Positions 1-10,730 of a DNA stretch of 62,142 nt are shown piece after piece. The stretch spans positions 1 through 62,142 of the forward strand of contig BTVI01000021.1 in NCBI GenBank assembly GCA_045862955.1. Direction: 5' to 3'. A model generated the notes under the pieces. The model was not told the DNA's origin and did no database searches. It worked only from the letters and a program-made list of their open reading frames with translations. How positions within the stretch are numbered: position 1 is the first letter of the stretch; each line of letters begins with the position of its first letter. This stretch comes from Fimbriimonadales bacterium (GTDB lineage: Bacteria > Armatimonadota > Fimbriimonadia > Fimbriimonadales > JABRVX01). A program made the position numbers and the translations under genes.

Positions 1-323
1 GTCATGCTGAGCCTGTCGAAGCATGACCCCGCAGCCGCCCCGACCCTGCCCCGGCGCGGTCCTTGGGCTCGAGCCACGCCCTCGGTAGCTGCAAGTCTTC
101 GGACGCGGGCCGGGGCATGGAGCGCAAGCAGCCCACCCGCGACCGTCCTGCTGCGCCTGTCGACGCATGCCGTCGCCTGCCGCCTGGTAGTACCGGTCGC
201 CCGTCATGCTGAGCCTGTCGAAGCATGCGCTTGCAGCCGCCCCCGACCCTGCCCCGGCGCGGTCCTTGGGCTCGAGCCACGCCCTCGGTAGCTGCAAGTC
301 GTCGGGCGCGGGCCGGGGCATGG
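1..323. repeat. Composite repeat cluster: REP-like palindrome A (GTCATGCTGAGCCTGTCGAAGCATG) at 1-28, 144-170 (degenerate) and 202-228, plus hairpin element B (minus orientation) at ~40-120 and ~242-323
   Basis: Near-identical ~200-bp tandem units visible directly; same motifs recur at 38333-38725 and 45629-46251. Confidence 0.85.
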
Positions 324-373
324 AGCCTTCCCAACAGACCCTCACTGCGACAAGGGAGAGGGTGGGGGAAGTA

Positions 374-1396
374 TCAGTAGCTGAACTTGCCTATCTGCAC
401 CTTGCCGCGGAACACCCAGTAGATTACCGACGTGTATGCGAGCACGAACGGCATGCCGATGATCGCGATGATCAGCATGATGCCGAGGGTCTTCTGCGAC
501 GATGCCGCGTTGTAGATGGTGAGACTCCAAGCCGGATTGAGACTGGATACGAGCAGGTTAGGAAACAGCGCGACGCCGAAAAGAAAGTTCAATGCCGCAA
601 TGGTGCAACACGACGATACGAACGCATACCCCGGCTTGCCCAGATAGATGGCACGCGGGATGTTCGCGACTGCTAGCACGTTCAAGAACACTACCACCCA
701 CGAGATGGGCAGCGTCTCGAAGTTCTTGGTAGCGTTAGGCACGGTGATCAGCGTCACGATCGTGACGAGCATGTACAGCGCCATGAACGCACCGAACGTA
801 CGCCACATCCAGCCGTGAATGCGCTCTTGCAGCTCTCCTTCGGTCTTGAGATACAGGTAGATCGAGCCGTGCATCGCGAACAGCGCAACCGCCAACGCAC
901 CCACTAGCAGGGGATAAGGCCGTAGGAGATCGAAGAAGCTACCCACGTACTCCCGATCCGCCCCGATGGCCAGGCCTTGCATAGCGTTGCCCACGGCTAC
1001 GCCGAAGAGCAGCGTCGCAACCGCACTGGCTACGAAGAAGGAGTAGTCCCAGAACTTCCTCCAGCCCGCGACTTCCAGCTTGCTACGAAACTCCATGGAG
1101 ACAGCGCGGAAGATCAGCGCGAATAGTAGTAGCATGAAGGCGAGGTAGAAGCCGGAGAATGCCGTGGCATACGCCTCGGGGAACGCCGCGAACAGGGCGC
1201 CGCCGAATGTCACCAACCACACCTCGTTGCCGTCCCACAACGGGCCGATGGAGTTCATGAAGATGCGCCGCTCGGTGTCGGTCTTCGCCAACGGGTGCAG
1301 AATGCCTACCCCGAGGTCGAAGCCGTCCAGAATGGCATACCCGGTGAGCAGCACGCCCAGTAGGATGAACCAGACGAGGTTCAAGCTAAGCTCCAT
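374..1396 (-). CDS. cydB: Cytochrome bd ubiquinol oxidase subunit II
   Basis: Motifs LDGFDLGVG and [13 protein letters not shown]; multi-TM; directly downstream of cydA. Confidence 0.97.
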   Translation of the reverse strand: MELSLNLVWFILLGVLLTGYAILDGFDLGVGILHPLAKTDTERRIFMNSIGPLWDGNEVWLVTFGGALFAAFPEAYATAFSGFYLAFMLLLFALIFRAVSMEFRSKLEVAGWRKFWDYSFFVASAVATLLFGVAVGNAMQGLAIGADREYVGSFFDLLRPYPLLVGALAVALFAMHGSIYLYLKTEGELQERIHGWMWRTFGAFMALYMLVTIVTLITVPNATKNFETLPISWVVVFLNVLAVANIPRAIYLGKPGYAFVSSCCTIAALNFLFGVALFPNLLVSSLNPAWSLTIYNAASSQKTLGIMLIIAIIGMPFVLAYTSVIYWVFRGKVQIGKFSY

Positions 1397-1398
1397 GT

Positions 1399-2859
1399 CT
1401 ACTCCTCCTCTTTCTCCTCCCCGTCTTCCGTCGCTTCACGACCTGTCAGATGCTGCTTGCCCGGTGCGGCAGCCTCCGCCGCCGCCTCGAAGAACCCTGC
1501 CTCACGCTTGGCCCTCGCCACCTCGATCTCTACCGGTCCTTGGTGAATCTTGTTGTTCAGCACGAAGAGCCACAGGAAGAAGAGCAGCGTGTAGATCACG
1601 ATGAACAAAGCGATGGAAGTGGCGATCTGCGCGGCGGGGACCGTAGGAGAGAATGCGTCTGCCGTCTTCAGAAGCCCGTATACCACCCAGGGCTGACGTC
1701 CCACTTCGGCCGCCATCCAGCCGAGTTGATTGGCGATGTAAGGACCGATGATCGCGAACACGAACACCCACATCAGCCATCGTGTTTGGAACAGCGTTCC
1801 GCGCCATCGCAGGAACTGCGCGAACAGCGTGATGACAATGAAGAAGACACCCAGCAACACCATGATATGATAGCTGTGGAAGGTGAGAGCTACCGGAGGC
1901 CACTCGTCCGGCGGGAACTGATCCAGTCCCGCCACCGGCCTACCCATGTCGCCATACACGAGCCAGCTCAGCAGCCCCGGAACCGCGATGCCCGCTTTGA
2001 CGGTGCGACTCTCTTGGTCCGGGAAGCCGATGATGTACAACGGCGCTCCCTCGCCTTCCTTCGGCGTCACGAACAAACCCTCGAACGCGGCCAGCTTGGT
2101 CGGTTGCGTCTCAGCCACGTTAGCGGCCTGGAAGTGCCCGCTGAAGGCTGCCAGGATGGACGCAATCGTGCCGAGGCCGAGTGCAGCCGAGAACATGCGC
2201 TTGGCCGGCTCCTCGAACCGCTTCTTCAGGATGTAGTAGGCGGAGATGCTCATCACGAAGAACGAACCCAAAATGAACGCGCCCAGCAGTACGTGCCCGA
2301 GCCGGTGCATGCTCGACGGGTTGAACACTAACTCCCAGAAACTGATGATCTCCGCTCGTTGGCCGGTGCCGAACTCGACGATCTTGTGCCCCGCCGGCGT
2401 CTGCTGCCACGAGTTCGCAACCACGATCCAAATGGCCGAGAACATCGAGCCCAACGACACCATGCAGGTGGAGAAGAAGTGCATCTTCGGCGACACGCGG
2501 TCCCAACCGAAGACCAATACCGCCAAGAAGCCAGACTCCAGGAAGAAGGCGAAGATGCCCTCCGCCGCCAGCGCCGAGCCGAACACGTCGCCCACGTAGC
2601 GCGAATAGGTGGACCAGTTGGTTCCGAACTGGAACTCCATCACGATGCCGGAGGCGACACCCATGGCGAAGGTCACGGCGAAGATGCGCGTGAGAAAACG
2701 CGTCAGAGCCTCGTACTGGGGGTCCTTGGTCCGAAGAAACTTGCCTTCGGTGTACACCATGATTACGCCGAGACCGATCGTGAGGGGTGGGAAGAGGTAG
2801 TGGAAGGCTACCGTGAGTGCGAACTGAAATCGCGAGAGTGATAAGGCATCCAACTCCAT
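1399..2859 (-). CDS. cydA: Cytochrome bd ubiquinol oxidase subunit I
   Basis: [16 protein letters not shown] (heme His), [34 protein letters not shown] upstream. Confidence 0.97.
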   Translation of the reverse strand: MELDALSLSRFQFALTVAFHYLFPPLTIGLGVIMVYTEGKFLRTKDPQYEALTRFLTRIFAVTFAMGVASGIVMEFQFGTNWSTYSRYVGDVFGSALAAEGIFAFFLESGFLAVLVFGWDRVSPKMHFFSTCMVSLGSMFSAIWIVVANSWQQTPAGHKIVEFGTGQRAEIISFWELVFNPSSMHRLGHVLLGAFILGSFFVMSISAYYILKKRFEEPAKRMFSAALGLGTIASILAAFSGHFQAANVAETQPTKLAAFEGLFVTPKEGEGAPLYIIGFPDQESRTVKAGIAVPGLLSWLVYGDMGRPVAGLDQFPPDEWPPVALTFHSYHIMVLLGVFFIVITLFAQFLRWRGTLFQTRWLMWVFVFAIIGPYIANQLGWMAAEVGRQPWVVYGLLKTADAFSPTVPAAQIATSIALFIVIYTLLFFLWLFVLNNKIHQGPVEIEVARAKREAGFFEAAAEAAAPGKQHLTGREATEDGEEKEEE

Positions 2860-3553
2860 AGATAGCGCACCTCCGGCCCAGGCAACCTTGCCTCAGGCAG
2901 GGCCAAACCGCCTCTAGCATTCCACACCCCAGCAGTTTTCCCTGCACAGGGTCCTAGTGGGGGCACGCGTGCCCTGCCGCAGAGGATGCATTTTTCGACC
3001 AGCGCCGGAGCGCGGGCCTCGCCAAGGCAACGTAATTCCGACATCCCGCCGGACATACGCAATCGCCGGGACAGCGGGCTCACACGCGTCCTACCGGAGC
3101 CACCGAACTCGATGCCGGGTAAGCGAATCGAGGCGCCTGTGCCGCTCCGGATAGGGCTAAGCGGGCTTGCGCGGTCCGGAAACCGGCCCTGCTGTCCGCT
3201 TGCTTCGAACCTGAATGCGGGGCCGCGCAAAAAAAGTGAAGATTCAGCGAGCGGGCATGTAACGTTTTCGACCCCTTTCTGACTCCTATTCAATGGAAGC
3301 TGCAAATGGACTCGCGTGGCGTCCTGCATGCCGAGCTATGCGCGGACCTCCCGCGCGGAGACTCGCGGCGTGCGAGAGCGAGGAAAGCAAGCCGAAGGGC
3401 CTTAGCGTTCCGCAGCCACGGTCCGTCGGCATCCACTGCGCGAAACGCGTGAGCGAGTAATGCTGCGCTCCGTCGGCGGAGCGGCCTCGAAGCCGCTCCG
3501 TCGCCGTTCTTCTTCCAGAACGACGTCCGACAGGATGTCGTCGGCAGGGGGCC

Positions 3554-5578
3554 TCAGCCGCGGCGAGACCCTCCGAGCATGCGGCCCCAAAACATCCGCA
3601 GCACCGCGTGCCCTTCGGCCACCGCATAGCGCACCTCGAACTCGTGGGTACCCATGCTGAGCGACAGCAAGATCTCTTCCTCCGCCCATCGCCGCCGCTC
3701 CCATCGTCTCAGTACCGTCCGGCCGTCCACCCGAAACTCCAGCGCATCGTCGTATACGAAGCGAAACCGATAGTCGCCGCGCTTCACGCAGACCGAAGCG
3801 GTCGCCCGCAACGCGAAGTGCTGTCTGCCGAGCCCTGGCGCAGGAGAAGCCGAAGCGCTGTCCCAGCCGAGCGTCCGAGAGTAGTCAGCGTACGTGGGCA
3901 TGCCGGAGAACAGACGGTCCCAGGCCGCCTCGTCCTCGAAAGCAATGCCATGCCACGCGTGCCACTCCCGCGACCACACCAGCGCCGAGAGCGTCACGCC
4001 GATCTCCTGCGTTTCTCCTGCCCGCTGCAGGCTCAGCTTGCACGGAACCAAGCGTCCCGGCGCCACCTGGAGCTCGGCAGGTCGCACCACACGCGCTTGC
4101 CCGGCACCGCGATGAATGCTCACTCCGCCAGACACCGACAAACTCACCCTTCGACGTGGCCAGATGGAAAGCGCCGACGGGTCAGTGAAGCAGTAAGCCG
4201 CAAGGTCCCTTCGGAAGTCGTGTGGCGCGTAGTCGTCAACCTGCAGCCACTCGAGTCCCATGGGCAAGCCCTGCTCCCGGTAGAAGCGGAAGCCAGTGGG
4301 CCGCATCCGCAGTAGCCTCTGAACTCGCCGGTACTGCGATGACCGCAGGAACCTCTCCCGAGCATCAATGGCCTCGAGGCGCTTGGTGCTCGGGGGGTCG
4401 TAGTCTACGCCACCGCTCAGCACGTTCGCCTCGAAGGCATACTCCGTAGTCCCATGCAGGTCGTATGCTTGCGGCCCGTGAATGCGGTTGCGGCGGATCT
4501 CGATGTCGCGTGAAGGGAACTCCTCTCGTCCCGGACCCGGCTGCGTCCATAGGCGGATGCCGTGGCCCCGGTCCGACCGGATCACGTTCCGGCTAATCCG
4601 CGTTCCCGCCCCGTGCTCGATACCGATACCTGCCCAGCGGTTGCCCTCGATCTCGTTGTCCAGAACGAGGGAGTCACGGGAGAATCCCAGCCAAAAGCCG
4701 TAACTAGAATGAGACGCCACGTTGCGGTAGTACACGTTGCGGTACGAGAAGGTGCCCTCGAAAGCGTTTCCGCCGAAAGAGCCGTCGTTGTATGCGATCA
4801 CGTTGTCGTTCGAGCTACCTTCGAAGTGGTACCTCTCACCGTCGTGTCCGCCGTCTACGAGGTCCGTCAGGAAGAAGCCGTCGCCACCGTGCGTAAACGA
4901 GTTGCCGACGAAGTAGTTGCGATGCGACGCGTTCACGCACGCCATGCCCGAGGAATCGGCCCCGAGGTCGCCCGCGTACGGGCGATTGACGAAGTCCGCG
5001 AGGTTCCACAGAATGTCGTTGTCGCAAGACTCCCACAACGCCACACCCCAGCCGGAGTTGAACGAGAAGTCGCAGTCGTACACCCTGCACCGGTCGCACC
5101 GACACAGGATGATGCCGTTCTGGGCGCTGGTGCCGCGACATCGCACCACCTCGCTTCGGCTGCAGTTCTCCAACCAGATGCCGGAGCCGAAGGTGCGCCA
5201 CTCCTCCAGCGAGCGGAGCACGAGCCAAACGCTGACGGGAAATCCCCCGCTGGCGATTCTCTGGGCTCGGCTGAAGGACACGTCACAATTCTCCAGCCGC
5301 AGCCCCTCGCATCCCGCGGCGAATACGTTGTAGCGGAAGCCGCGAATCACGGCGTTTCGTATGGTGACGTTCTTCCGCCCCTCGATGCGGATGCCAACAC
5401 CCTCGAAGGTGTCCCTCGCGCCCTGGTGCACGTCGCAGGTGCACAACACCGCACCCTGGAAATCGAGCGTTACCTCGTCGGCCGCTACGTGTATTCCTTC
5501 CGTCAATCGGTATTGCCTCGGCTCTACGCGCGCGGAACGGGTGAGCCTGAGTCCTGGTCGGAGGCGAATCTCTTCCAT
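3554..5578 (-). CDS. Right-handed parallel beta-helix (NosD/pectate-lyase-like) protein with C-terminal PA14-like domain
   Basis: Repeated GIWL/GIIL/NDI/NxF beta-helix turns; C-terminal FRFVYDDALEFRVDG...GTHEFEVRY resembles PA14; no obvious signal peptide. Confidence 0.7.
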   Translation of the reverse strand: MEEIRLRPGLRLTRSARVEPRQYRLTEGIHVAADEVTLDFQGAVLCTCDVHQGARDTFEGVGIRIEGRKNVTIRNAVIRGFRYNVFAAGCEGLRLENCDVSFSRAQRIASGGFPVSVWLVLRSLEEWRTFGSGIWLENCSRSEVVRCRGTSAQNGIILCRCDRCRVYDCDFSFNSGWGVALWESCDNDILWNLADFVNRPYAGDLGADSSGMACVNASHRNYFVGNSFTHGGDGFFLTDLVDGGHDGERYHFEGSSNDNVIAYNDGSFGGNAFEGTFSYRNVYYRNVASHSSYGFWLGFSRDSLVLDNEIEGNRWAGIGIEHGAGTRISRNVIRSDRGHGIRLWTQPGPGREEFPSRDIEIRRNRIHGPQAYDLHGTTEYAFEANVLSGGVDYDPPSTKRLEAIDARERFLRSSQYRRVQRLLRMRPTGFRFYREQGLPMGLEWLQVDDYAPHDFRRDLAAYCFTDPSALSIWPRRRVSLSVSGGVSIHRGAGQARVVRPAELQVAPGRLVPCKLSLQRAGETQEIGVTLSALVWSREWHAWHGIAFEDEAAWDRLFSGMPTYADYSRTLGWDSASASPAPGLGRQHFALRATASVCVKRGDYRFRFVYDDALEFRVDGRTVLRRWERRRWAEEEILLSLSMGTHEFEVRYAVAEGHAVLRMFWGRMLGGSRRG

Positions 5579-5633
5579 GCTTCGCGGCTACGACGCTGCG
5601 TGCCCTTTCCCTCCAGACACCAACCCGTAGACT

Positions 5634-5709
5634 CGATGCCCCGGCCCGCGTCTGCTGCCGTGCACGCACCGAACGCGCGCAGGAGCCTAAGGACCGCGGC
5701 GGGGCATCG
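5634..5709 (+). repeat. Hairpin element B copy
   Basis: CGATGCCCCGGCCCGCGTC...CCTAAGGACCGCGGCGGGGCATCG, intergenic. Confidence 0.75.
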
Positions 5710-5784
5710 GGTACTACCTCGCCGCAACCTCTCCCGCTCGTGAGCGTAGCTATGTCAGTATGGTAGCCTGCCCGGAGGCGCGAG

Positions 5785-6825
5785 ATGGTCACTGATGGTC
5801 CGCTAACCTGCCCCAACTGCAGTCGAGAACTCGGCCCCGGCGAGGCGATGCCTCTAGCAACGTGCCAGGCCTGCGGATACCGTGAAGCGTGGCATGCGGA
5901 GTGGCCCAAGCGAGAGGGCCGGAGCCGCTATAAGGCTCTGAAGCGGCAGCTCAGCATCAAAGACGATGCCACGCGCCGGCAAGCCATGGAAGCGCTGGTG
6001 ACGGCGGGCGAGCGCGTGGTCGAGCCTCTCGGATTCCTGGTCCAGGATGCAGGCGCGCCCGAGCGGGCCAGAGAAGGGGCTGCACTGGTGCTCGGTCGCA
6101 TCGGGGAGGACCGGGCGGTGGAGCTGCTCCTCGAAGCGATGGCCAAGCAGGAAGCTTCGGAAGCCAAGAGGCGGAGGTTTGCGCCTGCTGTGGTAGCGGT
6201 TCTCGTGATGCTGTTCACAGCCTCCGTGATAGTGCCTCTCCTGATGGGTGACGGGGCGCCCAGCGGCGCCTTCGGGGGCATGTGGGGTCTCGTCACGGTG
6301 CTGGCGGCACGCGCCGTGCTGGTTCGAAAGGGCATGGCAAACGCGCTCGCATCCCTGAGCGAGCCGCGTGCGGTAGGGCCGCTCGCCCTCGCAGCTTCCG
6401 AGAAGCAGCTGACCTCCAGCGTCATCCCGCTGCTCACCGAGCTGTTGCCTCGCGTCGAGCAGGAGCACGTCGAGGGCTTCGATACTGCCCAGCGCAACGC
6501 ATTGGTCTCCCTGTTGTCGCGCAAGGAGCCCGAGCTTCTTCGCGGGCTGCTTCGAGTAGTAGGAATGTTCGGTGCAGCTCCAACCCTCGGCCCGATTGAG
6601 CGGTTGCTTCGGGAGGGTCCCGAGGAAGTCTGGCAGGAAGCCGCGGAGGCAAAGCGGAGGGTGACAAAGCGCATCGAGCTGCAGCGCGACGCCGCGACCC
6701 TGCTTCGGGCATCGGGGGCTTACGACGAGGACTCCGAGAGACTACTGCGCGCCGCGCACGGCGAACCCGACGCCGAACCCACGCAGCTCCTTCGCCCTGC
6801 AGACGGCCTCGAGGAGAGCGAATAG
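5785..6825 (+). CDS. Zn-ribbon + HEAT-repeat membrane protein with C-terminal triple LLR(A/P) tail
   Basis: CPNC..CQAC; HEAT-like AALVLGRIGEDRAVELLL; two hydrophobic helices; paralog at 36990-38033. Confidence 0.75.
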   Translation: MVTDGPLTCPNCSRELGPGEAMPLATCQACGYREAWHAEWPKREGRSRYKALKRQLSIKDDATRRQAMEALVTAGERVVEPLGFLVQDAGAPERAREGAALVLGRIGEDRAVELLLEAMAKQEASEAKRRRFAPAVVAVLVMLFTASVIVPLLMGDGAPSGAFGGMWGLVTVLAARAVLVRKGMANALASLSEPRAVGPLALAASEKQLTSSVIPLLTELLPRVEQEHVEGFDTAQRNALVSLLSRKEPELLRGLLRVVGMFGAAPTLGPIERLLREGPEEVWQEAAEAKRRVTKRIELQRDAATLLRASGAYDEDSERLLRAAHGEPDAEPTQLLRPADGLEESE

Positions 6826-6829
6826 CGAA

Positions 6830-6855
6830 CGGTCCGGACGCAACCGCCCGGACCG
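6830..6855. terminator. Hairpin between convergent genes
   Basis: CGGTCCGG...CCGGACCG inverted repeat. Confidence 0.45.
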
Positions 6856-6879
6856 CCAACGAATCATCGAAGCGGAGAG

Positions 6880-7989
6880 TTACTCGCCTGTCTTCGTAAA
6901 GTTGATTAGCACGATGTTCAGGTCACCGAGGCCGACTTGACCGTCGCCGTCGATGTCCCCCTCCATCGGTCCACTCTGAGCGAACTGCAGGAGCACGCCA
7001 TTCAGGTCCATGAGGTCTATGACGTTGTCTCCGTTCACGTCCCCGTTGTATGCCATCGTCCAGTCCAGCACGGTGTTGCCGGCAATCAGAACGTTCGTCT
7101 GCTTGCGGCTCAGCCAGCGATAGGGCTTTACCACCACGTCGCACGTGCCGACCTGCGAGACAGTGACCGAATACGCGCCGCCGGCGCCCAGAGTGGTGTT
7201 GTAGCTGCCGACCAGGTTCACACCGTCGAACAATTGCACGCTGAGGGGCAGGCCTGCGACTTCGCCGAGGTAGCCGGGCAGCGAGATCGTGCCGCTGAGT
7301 ACCGGCATCGAAGTGAGTGCCCAAGTGACGAAGTTCTCGGCGAGGACCTTGTTGTTCGGATAAGCCTGCATGTACACATCGGTGAACATGTCGCCGTCAC
7401 CCATGGCGAACACGCGGCCCGCGCCAGTCTCCTGCGTGAACTCCATTACTAGCGCGGCATTAAAGGCCAAGTGATCCTTCACCAGTACTTTGGCAGACGT
7501 CGGCCCGGTTAGCCCACCGTTCTTGCCGATGTACACGGAGGCGAGGCCCTGAGTGATCGGATGCGAAGCAACCACCGTGCCTTCCCCATAGGAGGTCGTG
7601 CCGGAGAGATACACACCGAACCCGTTGAGGAAGCTGTTGAAGGCTGCCTGCGTGCCATAGCAGCCGCACTCCCCGAAGACGAGCAGAGTTCCGCCGCTCT
7701 GGACCCAGCTGACCAAGTTCGCCTTCTCGGAGGCGCTCAAGTTCTGGGCAGAGATGGAGGCGATGTGCAGTACCGACACCCCGGACAGGAACTCCGAGGT
7801 GAGCGACGACGTCTGCTGGAACACCGCGCCGCGATTTTGGTAGATGCTCCTTAGCTCCGACATCGCTGCACCGGTCTGCAGGTTGTAGATGGAGCTGTAG
7901 AGGCGGGTGTCGTCGAATATGCCTACGTTCGCGGCCTGCGACACGGCGAATGCCGTCACGAGCAGGCCAAACGTTGCGCTCTTGATCAT
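6880..7989 (-). CDS. Secreted protein: GATase-like/DUF4350-like domain + C-terminal Ig-like and dockerin-like (double EF-hand) module
   Basis: Signal peptide MIKSATFGLLVTAFAVSQA; LVSWVQSGGTLLVFGE; GDVNGDNVIDLMDL...GDIDGDGQVGLGDL; start re-placed to the ATG at 7989 behind GGGAGAG. Confidence 0.75.
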   Translation of the reverse strand: MIKSATFGLLVTAFAVSQAANVGIFDDTRLYSSIYNLQTGAAMSELRSIYQNRGAVFQQTSSLTSEFLSGVSVLHIASISAQNLSASEKANLVSWVQSGGTLLVFGECGCYGTQAAFNSFLNGFGVYLSGTTSYGEGTVVASHPITQGLASVYIGKNGGLTGPTSAKVLVKDHLAFNAALVMEFTQETGAGRVFAMGDGDMFTDVYMQAYPNNKVLAENFVTWALTSMPVLSGTISLPGYLGEVAGLPLSVQLFDGVNLVGSYNTTLGAGGAYSVTVSQVGTCDVVVKPYRWLSRKQTNVLIAGNTVLDWTMAYNGDVNGDNVIDLMDLNGVLLQFAQSGPMEGDIDGDGQVGLGDLNIVLINFTKTGE

Positions 7990-8198
7990 GAAAATCTCTC
8001 CCTCGAACACGAATGGCGCCAGTTATCCGGCGCATAAAGGAACGAGGCGCGATTTAGCTCCGCGCCATGGTGACCAAAGTAGTATATCACCACCATTGCC
8101 CGCAAGGAGCCGGTAATTTTAGAATCGCTAAGAATCCCGGTAACTCCCTTCCTGTTCTCTGCCAGATTTGCAGCGTTCGGGCGTCCCGCCGCCGGTCT

Positions 8199-8393
8199 CT
8201 ATGCCCCGGCCCTGGCGCGGTCCCTGCCGGTGAGGCAAGCGGTAACCGGTCGACAGCCGACCGGGACGCGGGCCATGGCATGGGGGTTGCAGCCCTGCCG
8301 GGGAGATTCTATGCCCCGGCCCGCGTCCGCCGAGTAGCAGCTACCGTCTGCACGCCTGGAACCGAAGGAGCGCGCCGGAACAGGGTCGGGGTC
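8199..8393. repeat. Two divergently oriented copies of hairpin element B (~8209-8283 minus, 8309-8393 plus)
   Basis: CTATGCCCCGGCCCGCGTCC...GAAGGAGCGCGCCGGAACAGGGTC plus a reverse-complement copy. Confidence 0.7.
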
Positions 8394-8457
8394 TGCTGGG
8401 TTTCCGCCTTCGCGGGTGTGGCGAGAGGCGTCAGGTCGGGCCCAGCGACAACGGCAA

Positions 8458-8483
8458 GGGCCGGGTGCGGCAGCACCCGGCCC
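8458..8483 (-). terminator. Strong GC hairpin downstream of the PEP-CTERM gene
   Basis: GGGCCGGGTGC-GGCA-GCACCCGGCCC perfect 11-bp stem. Confidence 0.55.
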
Positions 8484-8506
8484 GATCGGTCCCCGTACGT
8501 CGCGGA

Positions 8507-9406
8507 TTATCGCCTGCGGCGTCGCGCCGTCACTGCAAGCGAGCCCATCGCCGCGAGCAAGGCGGAGACGGTGGAAGGCTCCGGCACGGCGAGCGTGTGC
8601 GTCCCCGAGAGCGAGTCGTTGTTGCAGGAGATGGCCCAGCTTACGTTCACGGTGTCCCCGTAGTTCAGCCCCAGGTCCGCCCACGCAATCCGGGACTCCA
8701 ACAGGCGCAGCGGGATGTTGGTGCTCGTGACCGGGTCGCTGTACAGCACCGGGTTGCCGTTGTACAGAACCGCCGAGTAGCGCACGTCTGCAACGATGCT
8801 CGTTAGCGTGCCGCCGCTCTTGTAGTTCGAGTAGGGGTCGGGGCCGAAGCCGACGTCCTTGTCCGGGGTGTGCCACACGCCGCCCGCCATCACGCTCGCC
8901 GTGCCCAGATGACCGACCGCGGCGGTCGGGAGGATCACCCCGTATTGCGCGGTCTTAGCCGCCCAGTTCGGGTTGATAGCGATATCGCCGACGCGGTACG
9001 TGCGCGGGCGCCCGTAGGGGTCCGCGGTGCCTGCCGGGTTGAAGCCCGTGACGATGGCGATGTACAGGTAGGTAGCGTCGTTGGTCAGGTACAGCGCTTT
9101 CACGTCGAACTGCTGGCCACCGAAGTCGCGCAAGTTCTTATGAGTACCCACGCCAGCGTTGCCGTGGGGGCCGAAGCCGTCCCAGATGTACCAACTGATC
9201 AGGCCGGTTACGCCCGCACCCGACGATGCCGCGCTGGCGCCCGTGCCGCCGCCGCCCGGCTGAAGATCCGCGAACGACCCGCCGATGGGGCCGTTGAACA
9301 GGTTGCCGCCGACGTCCACGCCATAGTCTGCCAGATTCCCGCTGAACTGCGCAGATGCTGCGACGGAGAGTGAGACGAGGCTCAGAAGGGCCAGTTTCCT
9401 ATGCAT
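8507..9406 (-). CDS. PEP-CTERM sorting-domain surface protein
   Basis: Signal peptide MHRKLALLSLVSLSVAASA; C-terminus VPEPSTVSALLAAMGSLAVTARRRR; AAGGAG RBS. Confidence 0.9.
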   Translation of the reverse strand: MHRKLALLSLVSLSVAASAQFSGNLADYGVDVGGNLFNGPIGGSFADLQPGGGGTGASAASSGAGVTGLISWYIWDGFGPHGNAGVGTHKNLRDFGGQQFDVKALYLTNDATYLYIAIVTGFNPAGTADPYGRPRTYRVGDIAINPNWAAKTAQYGVILPTAAVGHLGTASVMAGGVWHTPDKDVGFGPDPYSNYKSGGTLTSIVADVRYSAVLYNGNPVLYSDPVTSTNIPLRLLESRIAWADLGLNYGDTVNVSWAISCNNDSLSGTHTLAVPEPSTVSALLAAMGSLAVTARRRRR

Positions 9407-9506
9407 TACCCATGTGCTCCTTGCTTCACTGAGTCCCTCGAGAGGGCCACAAAGCACATGGCGGAAGACGGGCCAAAACGGGGGTAGTCAGGCGAAACAG
9501 GGAAGA

Positions 9507-10730
9507 CTACGTGCTGCCAGGGGCCTCGGGGATCGGGGGAAACACGTGGGCGGAAACGCCGTCCACCACAGTCTCCATCAGCCCCAATCTCAGTACCGGG
9601 TCGTGGACTTCAGCTACACATCCTCGGCTGATCACGATGCCCCCCGGCGGGGCTGCTTTCTGCAGGTGAGCGGCCACATCGATTACGTGGGCGAACTCCA
9701 CGCCTCGCAAGTCTCCCTGAGGCGCCACCACCGCTCCGGAGTGAATCCCGCAACGGAGGGAGAAAGGCGTAGCAAGCCGATTGTGCTTCGCGTTCAGCTC
9801 GGGCACAGCACGCTGAATGGCACGTGCGGCCGAAAAAGCACGTTCCGGCAGATCGAACACCGCAGTTATGCCGTCGCCGGCGGTGTTATGCACCTGCCCA
9901 CCGTGGTCCCGTACGATTTGCCCGACGACCTGGTGATACGCGCCGAACGAATACTCGACCGCAAGCGGATCTGCCCCCACCTTCATCTGTGTCGAACCCA
10001 CCACGTCCACCGACAGGAACGTCGCGTTCTGGGTTCCCTGCCTCAAGCGATCTTGAAGCTCGTAGAGCTGCCTAAGCATCTCCTGTCGGTCTGCCGTAGC
10101 ACCTCGGGTTATGGACTGCTGCTGAACGGGCGGCGGCACCACCGGAGCAGCACCGGTGCCTACGGCCCCGACGATGAGTCCGAGCAGCGCTCCCCCCAAG
10201 AGCCCACCGACGATCTCGGCGCCATAGGTGCCATGCGTTAGCGCGTGCCCGAGTCCATAGGCGCCACCCCATGCCATCCCCGCCAGAGTGCCGAAACCGG
10301 CAGCATGGGTCTTGAACATGCTCCAGCAACCTGCCGCGAGAGATGCGACGACGGCCACCGTCCCGATCGCGGGGAGGTCAATACCTCCGAACAGCGCTGA
10401 CAGCACCGCACCCGAGAGCCCCACTAGGCCCGCGTCCAGCACCCGTCGCTTCGGCCCCATCACGCTGTCGTACGGCTCGCGTAGACGCCGCCAGATGCTC
10501 GTCCTCGACGGCTTGGCCGTCTCGGTTTGCTTGTCTACCAGCTGCATCGCCAGCGCCAGGTACTCGGGGCGTACCCCTGCCTCCTCGGCAATCCGCTTCA
10601 ACCGTCCCTCGTCCAGCTGCTCGCCCTCGCGCTCCTGGAGGCGCGCGGCAAGGGAGAGGATGCGTTCGGCGGTCTGCTCGTCGAACTTCCTCCCCTGACC
10701 TTCGGGCTCGAACTGGAGTGATGGGTCCAT
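9507..10730 (-). CDS. Membrane-bound class III nucleotide cyclase-family protein (atypical active site)
   Basis: TFLSVDVVGST, TAGDG and RCGIHSG motifs; ~4 TM helices; N-terminal helical domain. Confidence 0.8.
   Translation of the reverse strand: MDPSLQFEPEGQGRKFDEQTAERILSLAARLQEREGEQLDEGRLKRIAEEAGVRPEYLALAMQLVDKQTETAKPSRTSIWRRLREPYDSVMGPKRRVLDAGLVGLSGAVLSALFGGIDLPAIGTVAVVASLAAGCWSMFKTHAAGFGTLAGMAWGGAYGLGHALTHGTYGAEIVGGLLGGALLGLIVGAVGTGAAPVVPPPVQQQSITRGATADRQEMLRQLYELQDRLRQGTQNATFLSVDVVGSTQMKVGADPLAVEYSFGAYHQVVGQIVRDHGGQVHNTAGDGITAVFDLPERAFSAARAIQRAVPELNAKHNRLATPFSLRCGIHSGAVVAPQGDLRGVEFAHVIDVAAHLQKAAPPGGIVISRGCVAEVHDPVLRLGLMETVVDGVSAHVFPPIPEAPGST

Noticed and set aside
40..120. Element B as a mini-gene (MPRPAS...LEPKDRAG, with apparently synonymous variation)
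   Set aside because: Four copies carry an in-frame TAG, others lack the ATG or frame, and there is no RBS; better explained as non-coding
3225..3260. Rex box upstream of cydA
   Set aside because: GTGAAGATTCA has the wrong half-site spacing
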